This document shows, one piece after another, positions 46,873-54,702 of a stretch of DNA of 61,855 nt; positions within the stretch are counted from its first letter, which is position 1; every line of letters begins with the position of its first letter. The stretch is from Armatimonadota bacterium (GTDB taxonomy: Bacteria; Armatimonadota; DTGP01; JAKQQT01): positions 1 through 61,855 of the forward strand of contig JAKQQT010000213.1 in NCBI GenBank assembly GCA_029564025.1, read 5' to 3'. Made by a program: the position numbers and the translations under genes. The notes under the pieces are model-generated. The model saw nothing but the letters and a program-made list of their open reading frames with translations. It ran no database searches and had not been told where the DNA came from.

Positions 46873-48648
46873 TTAGCGCCTTCTTCCCGATCCCGGTGGT
46901 CCACCGCCACCAAACGGACTGTTGGTGGAGGCCGTTGTTGTGGCCGGCTCAATCGTCTGGGCTACCACCAATTCGCCTTCCTTGACGCCCTTGGTGATCT
47001 CGGTGGTCTCGTCGCCTTCCACGCCGACCTCCACATCGCGGCGTTCCAGTGTTACCTGGTACCGGGTGTTCGGATCGGCCTGCAGACCGACTGCCGGGTC
47101 CGGAGGCACAGGTTGTCCGCCGGAGCCAATCATCACAAACGAGCCCTTGTCATCTGACTGTACGGCGGAACTCGGCACGTTCAGCGCGTCTTCCTTTTCA
47201 TCGACGATAAAAACGCAAGTGGCGTTCATTCCCGGCTTGAGAAGACGAAATGCCGGCGACGAGTTGTCCACTTCGACACGCACATGGATGGTCGTCACGT
47301 TGGACTCGACGATTGCGCGCGGGTCAATGCGGGCAACAACACCTTCGAACGGAACGTCCGGATAGGCGTCCATCGTCACATCAACCTTCTGGCCCTCGTC
47401 CACCTGGGCGATGTCGGCTTCGTCCACGGTAACATCCACATACATCCGCGTGGTGTCGCCCATCTGGACGATGCTGGAACCTGTAGAGTTGAGCGACATA
47501 CCGGATGTGATGATGGTGCCTGTATCGACATACTTCTGGAGAATCACGCCTTCGGAAGGCGCCCGTACCGTTGTCTGGTCCAAGGCGTCGGTGGCATTCT
47601 TTAACGACGCCTTGCTCCGCGTAACGGTGGCCTCCGCAGTTGCGATGTCAAGTTGCCGGATTTCGTTATTGACGAGGTTTGCCTTGGCCTGCCGAAGGGA
47701 TTCCTGCGCCTGCGTAACCTGAGCCTCAGCCTGCCGGAGAGCGGCCTCCGCTTGATAGACGGCGTCCTTCCTTGTCTGGATGTCCGCCGTGCCGGCCTCG
47801 GCGCTTTCCAGAGAGGCGCGGGCCTGGGCGACACGGGCATCGGCGGATTCAACTGTTGCGGCAAGTTCATCCTGTATGGTTTGTAGCTTCACTCTGGCCG
47901 ATTCGACCTGGGCCTGAGCCACCTCGTGGGACGCCTGGGCGGAATCAACCGCCTGTTGCGAAACAAATCCCTTGGCGAGAAGGGATTTCTGGCGCGAGAG
48001 ATTGGCCTGCGCGTTCTTTGCGTTTGCCACGGCCGAATCATATGAACTCTGCGCGCTCGCCTTCTGCTGTTTGTTTGTCGCGTCCAGTTGCGCCCGCGCC
48101 TTCAACGCCTGGTTCAGACTGGCTTTCGCCTGGGCAATGGTTGTGTTGGTCAGCGTCGGTTGCGTCTTCGCCTGGCGTCTCGCCGTATCCAGCCGCGACT
48201 GGGCGGCCAGTTTTCCGTCCCGTGCCGAACGTAAAGCGGCTTCCGCATTGGCTATGGCAATTCTGTTCTGCTTGATCTGCAGTTGGTGCGTTCGTAAATT
48301 CTGCTCCTTGCGGGCCTGGGCGGACGCAACATCAGACTGGGCCTGGTCGTAGGCCAATAGCGTGTCGGCGGGATCAATCCTGGCGATGACCTGCCCCTTC
48401 GTAACAGGGGTTCCCACATCGACAAGCATGGCAACCACGCGACCGCCTGCCTTGGACTTGATGTCCACAACTGTCCACGGCTGAAGTGTTCCGGTGGATG
48501 AAACGGTTTTCCTGACGGAGCCCTTTTCCACCGCTTGCAGTTTGTACTGCGTCATCGCGGTCGGATCGACTTTCTTCCGCCCGAAAGTCAGGTACAAAGC
48601 GCCGCAGATCGCCAGAGCGGCGACTATGTAGATGATGATTCGCTTCAT
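46873..48648 (-). CDS. periplasmic adaptor (membrane fusion protein, HlyD/MacA family) with a very long coiled-coil hairpin
   Basis: 591 aa with an N-terminal TM anchor and lipoyl/beta-barrel segments. These flank a roughly 270-aa Ala/Gln-rich coiled coil. The ATG overlaps the TolC stop (TAATG). Confidence 0.88.
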   Translation of the reverse strand: MKRIIIYIVAALAICGALYLTFGRKKVDPTAMTQYKLQAVEKGSVRKTVSSTGTLQPWTVVDIKSKAGGRVVAMLVDVGTPVTKGQVIARIDPADTLLAYDQAQSDVASAQARKEQNLRTHQLQIKQNRIAIANAEAALRSARDGKLAAQSRLDTARRQAKTQPTLTNTTIAQAKASLNQALKARAQLDATNKQQKASAQSSYDSAVANAKNAQANLSRQKSLLAKGFVSQQAVDSAQASHEVAQAQVESARVKLQTIQDELAATVESADARVAQARASLESAEAGTADIQTRKDAVYQAEAALRQAEAQVTQAQESLRQAKANLVNNEIRQLDIATAEATVTRSKASLKNATDALDQTTVRAPSEGVILQKYVDTGTIITSGMSLNSTGSSIVQMGDTTRMYVDVTVDEADIAQVDEGQKVDVTMDAYPDVPFEGVVARIDPRAIVESNVTTIHVRVEVDNSSPAFRLLKPGMNATCVFIVDEKEDALNVPSSAVQSDDKGSFVMIGSGGQPVPPDPAVGLQADPNTRYQVTLERRDVEVGVEGDETTEITKGVKEGELVVAQTIEPATTTASTNSPFGGGGPPGSGRRR

Positions 48649-49949
48649 TACGGTTTCACCCCCGTGTTCGATGGATCGTTACTGCCCAGTGCGCGCTCCA
48701 GCCTCGCCGAGGCGGTGTGGTAGTCATAAACAGCCTGGACAGCGTTCGTCTCGGCCGTAACAAGCTGGTTTTGTGCGGTGATTACGTCAAGAATGGTGCC
48801 CGCGCCTTCCTTGCGCGATTCGGAAGCGGCCGCATAGTTCTCCCGGGAAGCCGCAAGGGCCGCCTGCGCCGCCGTGATCCTCTGACGCGCTTCCTCGCGC
48901 GTAAGCCAGGCCGATTCGACTTCCTGGGCGATTGCGCGCCTTGACAGTTCAATGCTCTCTTCCGCCTGTTTCAGGGAAGCCTTTGCCGCCTTGACCGACG
49001 CCTTGGACGCCCCCGCGTCGAACAGCGGATATGTGACGGTCGCCATCAGCGAGTGGGTGTCATACCTGTCCGGGTCGAACTGGTGTCCAGCGCTGAAAGA
49101 TGACTCAAGCATCGGGCCGGCTTCGATGCGTGCAATGCGCACGCTCCTTTCCGAGCTCTTGACATTGGTTTCGGCGCTTTTCAGGTCGGGCCGGTTGGCG
49201 TACGCCTGCGCGATTATGTCCGCCAGTGGACGGTTATCCGGTTCGGCGGACGGTACGGCGACCTCCGTCTCAACCACGTCTACCGGTTCCACGGACATGA
49301 CGCCGATCGCTATCTTGAGATTGGTCTGGGCAAGGCGGACATCGTTACGCGCCCGCAACTGCGAGACAAGCGCGTTCTGATAATCGGCCTGAGCCTGAAG
49401 AACATCCTTCTTCGGAGACGACCCGGCCTCAACGAAAGCCTTGGTGGCTTCCAGCGTGGTGCGTGCCCGCTCCACGCCGGAATCCGCCACCTTCACGAGT
49501 TCCTTGCTTCTCCGCAACTCGTACCAGGCCGTTGTCGCGTTCAGAATCACACCCTGGCGGGTGTCCTCCAGCGAGTATTCGGACGACCGTAGAGCGTCGC
49601 GGCTTTGGGCGATGTTCGTTTCGCGGATACCCGAATCGAATATCGTCTGCTGAAGCGAGATTGCCGTCGTGTTCCGGCTTGTGGACAATCCGGATGACAA
49701 CTTCTGGCTCGTGTGCTGGTACGACGGTGTGACCCGGGGGAACCACGCAGAGCGGGATTGCGTCAGCCGGGCCTCCGCGGCCTCGCGCCGGCTTTCGGCA
49801 ATCCCGATCTGGTTGTGGTTCTCCAGGGCTATCCGAACGGCCGAATCCAGTGTAAGCGGTTTCGATATAGTGGATTCCGCCGACCGGACGGGCAGTACTG
49901 CCGTAATAGCCAGAACGCCTGTCAGTGCAAGGTAACTCAATAATCGCAT
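48648..49949 (-). CDS. TolC family outer-membrane channel
   Basis: 433 aa with a signal peptide and two OEP repeats that have the typical helical patterns (LTLDSAVRIALENH, YDYHTASARLERALG). Confidence 0.88.
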   Translation of the reverse strand: MRLLSYLALTGVLAITAVLPVRSAESTISKPLTLDSAVRIALENHNQIGIAESRREAAEARLTQSRSAWFPRVTPSYQHTSQKLSSGLSTSRNTTAISLQQTIFDSGIRETNIAQSRDALRSSEYSLEDTRQGVILNATTAWYELRRSKELVKVADSGVERARTTLEATKAFVEAGSSPKKDVLQAQADYQNALVSQLRARNDVRLAQTNLKIAIGVMSVEPVDVVETEVAVPSAEPDNRPLADIIAQAYANRPDLKSAETNVKSSERSVRIARIEAGPMLESSFSAGHQFDPDRYDTHSLMATVTYPLFDAGASKASVKAAKASLKQAEESIELSRRAIAQEVESAWLTREEARQRITAAQAALAASRENYAAASESRKEGAGTILDVITAQNQLVTAETNAVQAVYDYHTASARLERALGSNDPSNTGVKP

Positions 49950-49976
49950 GTCAATCCCATTCCGTGGTGTTGTTTG

Positions 49977-50885
49977 TCATTCGGCGGGAGCCGGTCCATC
50001 CGGGCCCTGATTTCCGCCGTCCCGGCGAAAACCGCCGCGGGCTCCCGGCATTCTGCCGCCCATCTGGCTTCGTTCCTCTTCGGTCATATTCTCGAAAATC
50101 TGCATCTGAATTGCGCGCAGGGCCGACATTCTTTCACTTGCGGGCAATTTGGACAAAGCCGACGTGGTGGAGTTCACCACCGCCTGTCCGGCAGGATCCA
50201 ACTGAGGAGCCGGCATCCCGAAACCACCGGGACCCGTCTGCCCGGCTCTCGGCTGGTTCTGCTGTCCGTCGCGCGCTCCGGCTCTCGGCTGTCCGGTGGT
50301 GTTGCGGTCGCCGGGTGCGGTTCTGCCGGTTCGGTTCAAACCGCCGAATCCCGCGCCGAACTGCCCTTGAACACAATAGACAACAACCTGACCTTCAGCA
50401 ACGGCAGGAGTCGTGGAGGATATGGCGATGGACTTGCCTGTCGCCGGATCGGCCATCACGGCGCCGACCGGCAGATTGAGAACACCGGAGTACATCCCCA
50501 CGGCGTCCGCCGTAAGAGTTGAGACGGCGGATTCGGGTACCGCCACCTTGCGAACCGTAAGGTTTGCCATCTTGGCAACGGCCAGGACGGCCTCCTCGGC
50601 GGACTGATTGGTAACGGTTCCCGTGATGACACCGTTGGCCATCGGGGAAACCAGCACGCGGATCTTGGCCTTGCTTGCGATGTCATTCAGGGTCTGTCGA
50701 ACATCAGAATTGCTGGCCTTGACCGTGACATAAGGAGTTGCCTCAGCACCCTTGATCACAACGGTAACCGTTGCGGGATTCGCCGCCGGCGCCGCAGTGA
50801 CGCGGTTCGGGTTTTCCTGGGCATTGACGCCGGCCACAGCCAGCGCGCCGATCAATCCGGCAATGTACATTCCGCGAAGTGTCAT
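49977..50885 (-). CDS. secreted hypothetical protein with a secretin/TonB N0 (STN)-like module and a Gly/Arg/Gln-rich tail
   Basis: Trimmed to the ATG at 50885, preceded by AGGAG. The signal peptide is MTLRGMYIAGLIGALAVAGVNAQ. The segment VTVKASNSDVRQTLNDIASKAKIRVLVSPMANGVITGTVTNQSAEEAVLAVAKMANLTVRKV fits the N0/STN pattern by eye. The tail is low-complexity. Confidence 0.55.
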   Translation of the reverse strand: MTLRGMYIAGLIGALAVAGVNAQENPNRVTAAPAANPATVTVVIKGAEATPYVTVKASNSDVRQTLNDIASKAKIRVLVSPMANGVITGTVTNQSAEEAVLAVAKMANLTVRKVAVPESAVSTLTADAVGMYSGVLNLPVGAVMADPATGKSIAISSTTPAVAEGQVVVYCVQGQFGAGFGGLNRTGRTAPGDRNTTGQPRAGARDGQQNQPRAGQTGPGGFGMPAPQLDPAGQAVVNSTTSALSKLPASERMSALRAIQMQIFENMTEEERSQMGGRMPGARGGFRRDGGNQGPDGPAPAE

Positions 50886-51138
50886 TGGAGTTTCTCCTGT
50901 ACTGCGAGATAGCCACGCGTGGATATATCTGCGTGACATGGATATTGTAGGCGCGCCGCATGACGCTCCGGTGACCCGAATATGATCTTTCTGTGACGTC
51001 CACAAATCCGGATCACCATGGCATATGACGCATTGAACAACGGAACAGTCGCACCAAATCACGGTCTTTTTCCGGATGACCGCATACTGTGTCATGGAGC
51101 GGAATGTCCCGCCCGTCGGAAATAGAAGGAGTATCCGT

Positions 51139-53871
51139 ATGCGCCCAATCCTTTTTGCGCTGGCCTTTTCGGTTCTTGCCCTGAACGCCGTCCGGGCCGC
51201 CGAAACGGTCCATCTGCGACGCTACGAACGCATCGAGACGTACAGGTATCTGCCCGTTCAATGGGGAGACAAGGCGTATACCTATATGGATACCGCCGAC
51301 ACCACGCTTAACGCACGACACCCGAATGACAACTTCGGCGCGTCGCGAACACTCCGTCTGTCGCCGGGCCAGCGCAACGTCCTGCTGATTCAGTTCGGCC
51401 AGTTGAACCGCGCCATCGGACGCGGCGGGCGCATCACAGACGTTAAGTTGATCCTCCGTCCCGTTCCCGGCCGTTTCACACGCGACACCGATATCAACCT
51501 CACACGAATGACCACCGAATGGCGTGACGGAGGCGCGGACGGAAAGCCGATGTACTGGACCGCCACATGGAACGCCGCTCTCAGCAGTACTAGGGGTAAC
51601 GCCGTGAAGTGGTCCGGACCCGGCGCGTCCGGCGCGCTGGACCGCCGCTCCAAACCCGGTGTAACCACCAGCACATCCGTCGGCTACAACGCCGCAACGA
51701 ACACGTGGACCATTACCGGACCCGGCTTGCTGGAAGACGTTCGTTACTGGTTCGGACGCCAGTACCGCAACTTCGGCTGGGCAGTCGAAATGCGCGATCC
51801 AAAATCTGCCAGAGGGCCGGTCGAAGTGTACAGCAGTGAGGAGATGGACAAGGCGCTGAGACCGGAACTTGTGGTCACCTATGAACCGCTGTTGACCGAA
51901 GGTGAGCGCAAGGGAGTCGACCTCAACGTAACCTACATCGCCCGCACGCCGCGTTACCTGCGTTACCACGACGACGGTGTGAGGAGTTATGAGCGCAAGC
52001 GCTACCGGGACGACAATCCCGGCATCATGAAGTTCCCGGTCAACAAGGATACAAAAAAATGGCCGGCGAAAGGCGAGGTCCTCACCTACACGGCTCACGT
52101 GAAGAACAGCGGATTCGAAACGTTCAGCGGTCCGGTCGAGTGGGAGTGCCGGTACAACGGCCGACTGATTGGGAAGGGCATTCGGAACCTGACGATGAAG
52201 CCCGGCACCGAGTTCACGGAGGTCATCAAGTTGCCGTGGAAAGGCGATATGACCGACATCCGCGACGAAAAACTGACATTCGAGGTCGATCCTCTGGACA
52301 AGGTTCGCGAACTGACGAAGAACAATAATCTGCAGTCGAAATATGTCAAGGCGCGCACCTGGAAGTACTGGGTCGAACGCGGCGTTTACGACTTCAGCAG
52401 TCGGTACATGAATGCCTACGGTTCCTATTCGTATGAAGACTATCTGAAGTGGCACGAACAGGTGTGGAACGATACCTTCCTGGACAAGTCGCGGTTCGAC
52501 GACCTGGCACCGGACGGCTGTTTCCAACGCGTCACACTGGACGAGATATCCGTGGTGCCCGACGGCAGACTGGGCGGCGGAATCCACCGCCTGGACGACA
52601 AGCCCGACTTCCACTTCGACGGCGAATGGGGTACCGAGATACTGAAAGGCGACACCGCGAAAGACCCTGCGCAAATTGCCAACTACGAGAACTTCATTCA
52701 CGGACAGCGCATCTTCCTGGAAGGCTCGCTGATCCACGAAGCCAGCCACCAGGTTCTGGGCGCGTTCGACATCTACTGGTCCAACATCGAGCCTGCCACA
52801 CTGACCGAACCGGGCAAGCAACACGCGAAGGACGGCACGCCGTATTACGTGACGCGCGGTGATATGTACGCCTACTCGGGTCTGATGGGCGGCGACGACA
52901 CGCGTCCCAACGAGCACTACACTGAAGGCACCGGGCTCTATTCCCTGCACACCGTGCTCGGCTTCAACAGCAACCTTCCCTACCGCAACGGCTTCTACGG
53001 CGAGTGGCAGTACGATATGCCCCGGCAGAACTTCGTGCGCCTGCTGGCCGCCGACGGGTCGCCCATCGCGAACGCAAAGGTCAAGATATGGCAGTTCAGC
53101 GGCATGCGCATCACGGATAAAAACGTCGTCGCGGAAAATCTGACCGCCGATGCAAATGGTATCCTGCGCTTGCCCGACCAGGACTCCGGCGAAGCAACCG
53201 ACGTTTCCACCGTCACCGGCCATACGATGCTCAAAAAAAATCCGTTCGGGCGCATCGAAGTGGTTGGAAGCAACACACTGCTGATGCTGAAGGTGGAAGG
53301 ATTCGAACAGAAGGACTACCGGTTCATTCGCGTTGTCGATTTCAACCGGGGGTACTGGAAGGGATTCAAGGACCGTTTCACTCTGGACGTGCGCACGCAG
53401 ATCAGCCCCGCGAAACTGAACTGGTCACAGGACCTCGCGAAGGGAAAACCGGTTCAGACAACGCTGAATCCTTCGGAAGCGGGCAGGCTGACCGACGGGC
53501 AGATCGGTACCACGTGGAACGGCGGGCCCGCGCCGTCGGGAGCATATGTGCAGATCGATCTGGGCGAGTCGGTACCGGTGGGCGCCGTCCGCTTTGGCCA
53601 GTCAACCGGGTACGGTCACTTCTTCCCGCGGTTCCGGATCGAGGTCTCCGATGATTCGCAGTTCCGGATGGGTGTCAACGAACTGAACCGGCAGTTTCCG
53701 CTGTCGTTCGCCAAGGCGATGTCAGACGACCGGGACATCGATCCGGCGAATCCCGCCTACCGCACTGTGACCTACGGCGCCAGACCCATGCGTGGCAGGT
53801 ACCTGCGCATCACTGCTATCGAGGATGCCTGGGCCACCTCGCTGGACGCGATTGAGGTGTTCGGGCCGTAA
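51139..53871 (+). CDS. large secreted multidomain protein: DNRLRE/CBM96-like N-terminus, HExxH motif, C-terminal discoidin (F5/8 type C)-like domain
   Basis: Trimmed to the ATG at 51139, preceded by AAGGAG. The signal peptide is MRPILFALAFSVLALNAVRAAE. The N-terminal pattern is DTADTTLNARHPNDNFGASRTLRLS...LLIQFGQL, and HEASH lies at 52735..52749. The C-terminal ~150 aa look discoidin-like (YVQIDLGESVPVGAVRF...RYLRITAIE). Confidence 0.8.
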   Translation: MRPILFALAFSVLALNAVRAAETVHLRRYERIETYRYLPVQWGDKAYTYMDTADTTLNARHPNDNFGASRTLRLSPGQRNVLLIQFGQLNRAIGRGGRITDVKLILRPVPGRFTRDTDINLTRMTTEWRDGGADGKPMYWTATWNAALSSTRGNAVKWSGPGASGALDRRSKPGVTTSTSVGYNAATNTWTITGPGLLEDVRYWFGRQYRNFGWAVEMRDPKSARGPVEVYSSEEMDKALRPELVVTYEPLLTEGERKGVDLNVTYIARTPRYLRYHDDGVRSYERKRYRDDNPGIMKFPVNKDTKKWPAKGEVLTYTAHVKNSGFETFSGPVEWECRYNGRLIGKGIRNLTMKPGTEFTEVIKLPWKGDMTDIRDEKLTFEVDPLDKVRELTKNNNLQSKYVKARTWKYWVERGVYDFSSRYMNAYGSYSYEDYLKWHEQVWNDTFLDKSRFDDLAPDGCFQRVTLDEISVVPDGRLGGGIHRLDDKPDFHFDGEWGTEILKGDTAKDPAQIANYENFIHGQRIFLEGSLIHEASHQVLGAFDIYWSNIEPATLTEPGKQHAKDGTPYYVTRGDMYAYSGLMGGDDTRPNEHYTEGTGLYSLHTVLGFNSNLPYRNGFYGEWQYDMPRQNFVRLLAADGSPIANAKVKIWQFSGMRITDKNVVAENLTADANGILRLPDQDSGEATDVSTVTGHTMLKKNPFGRIEVVGSNTLLMLKVEGFEQKDYRFIRVVDFNRGYWKGFKDRFTLDVRTQISPAKLNWSQDLAKGKPVQTTLNPSEAGRLTDGQIGTTWNGGPAPSGAYVQIDLGESVPVGAVRFGQSTGYGHFFPRFRIEVSDDSQFRMGVNELNRQFPLSFAKAMSDDRDIDPANPAYRTVTYGARPMRGRYLRITAIEDAWATSLDAIEVFGP

Positions 53872-53949
53872 CAAGCCTTACCCCCCGTCCCCCTTCCCGA
53901 TGTTGGGAAGGGGTGCCATGTTTACCAACTACTTTGACTGACTCAACGT

Positions 53950-54074
53950 GAGGCACACTGAGCGGAGCGTAGGGAGCGTGCGACCGAAGCGTAGTCGAAG
54001 TGCGCCGCCGTACTTCGTCCATACGGACGCCCGTATGGGCGACTGCGCCCTTCGGGCTCCGCTCAGTATGCCTC
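53950..54074. repeat. 125-bp composite palindromic (REP/MITE-like) element
   Basis: Outer arms GAGGCACACTGAGCGGAGC (53950..53968) and GCTCCGCTCAGTATGCCTC (54056..54074) are 18/19 complementary. An inner perfect 8-bp palindrome is CCATACGG-acgc-CCGTATGG (54019..54038). Confidence 0.7.
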
Positions 54075-54091
54075 GGCTTTCTCTTCCAAGA

Positions 54092-54125
54092 CCCGAAGAT
54101 TCTTCGCTGACGCTCGGAATGACAG
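54092..54125. repeat. single copy of the GATTC-TCGCT-ACGCTCGGAATGACA repeat family
   Basis: CCCGAAGATTCTTCGCTGACGCTCGGAATGACAG aligns by eye with both arms of the inverted pair at 61753..61854. Confidence 0.55.
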
Positions 54126-54204
54126 ACTCTGACGCTTAGTCCATGAATTAGTTGGTACAGTTGGTTGCACGTGCCCCTGGTTATTGGTTGCGAACTACCG
54201 GACG

Positions 54205-54660
54205 TCAGCCCGGGAACGCCACGCTCCACATCACCTCGCCCGGCTTCAGCGACGCGCACTTCGGGCCTCCCTTGGCATCGGTCAACTCCAACTGACCGAC
54301 AACGGTACAGCCTGCGTTGATCGCCTGCTCCCAGACCTCGGTCGGGGCATACGCGAGTTTGATCTTTGCTCGCCGGAAGCCTTCCCACTTCCCGTTTTTC
54401 CGCTCCCCCCAGCAGAGGTACAGGAAACGGTCACCCCGGTTGCCGAAGACGTAGGGACCGCGAAAATCATTTCCGCCTTCCTTGAGGCGAACCACGCGCA
54501 GAGAGGCAATGAAGACAACACTATTCGAATCACCGGGTATGTCGTCCACCACCTCGCGATTCTTCTGGATTCCAAGGCGAACCGCGCTCCTGTCCATGAA
54601 CCGCGCACCCGGCATTCGCGTTCCCCGTAACTCTACGCGGACTTCCGTCCCCTCCAGCAT
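54205..54660 (-). CDS. DUF5990 family protein
   Basis: 151 aa. FRGPYVFGNRGDRFLYLCWG...FRRAKIKL...LELTDAKGGPKCASLKP matches my recollection of the DUF5990 pattern. Confidence 0.65.
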   Translation of the reverse strand: MLEGTEVRVELRGTRMPGARFMDRSAVRLGIQKNREVVDDIPGDSNSVVFIASLRVVRLKEGGNDFRGPYVFGNRGDRFLYLCWGERKNGKWEGFRRAKIKLAYAPTEVWEQAINAGCTVVGQLELTDAKGGPKCASLKPGEVMWSVAFPG

Positions 54661-54702
54661 TCGGTTGTCTTCCTTTCAGCCGTTCCGGTCAGGCCGGGTG
54701 GA

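Noticed and set aside
50886-51138. Operator/regulator site in the divergent region between the efflux operon and the HExxH protein gene (CCACGCGTGG, GATATATC, repeated TGGATAT)
   Set aside because: The palindromes are short and could arise by chance. No transcription factor gene is nearby, so this was not promoted to a feature and is only mentioned under the HExxH protein finding.
51013-53223. 736-aa ORF on the minus strand
   Set aside because: It is antisense to the 910-aa secreted protein gene. The composition is Val/Gly/Arg/Ala-rich with no motifs, typical of a high-GC shadow ORF. The plus-strand frame has a signal peptide, RBS, HExxH and a discoidin-like domain.
53950-54125. Possible CRISPR array or CRISPR remnant
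   Set aside because: The repeats are inverted/palindromic rather than direct. They are not regularly spaced, there are only two or three units, and no cas genes are in the window.
53948-54139. 63-aa ORF in the 333-bp intergenic region
   Set aside because: It lies entirely within palindromic repeat elements, has no RBS, and looks like a repeat-translation artefact.
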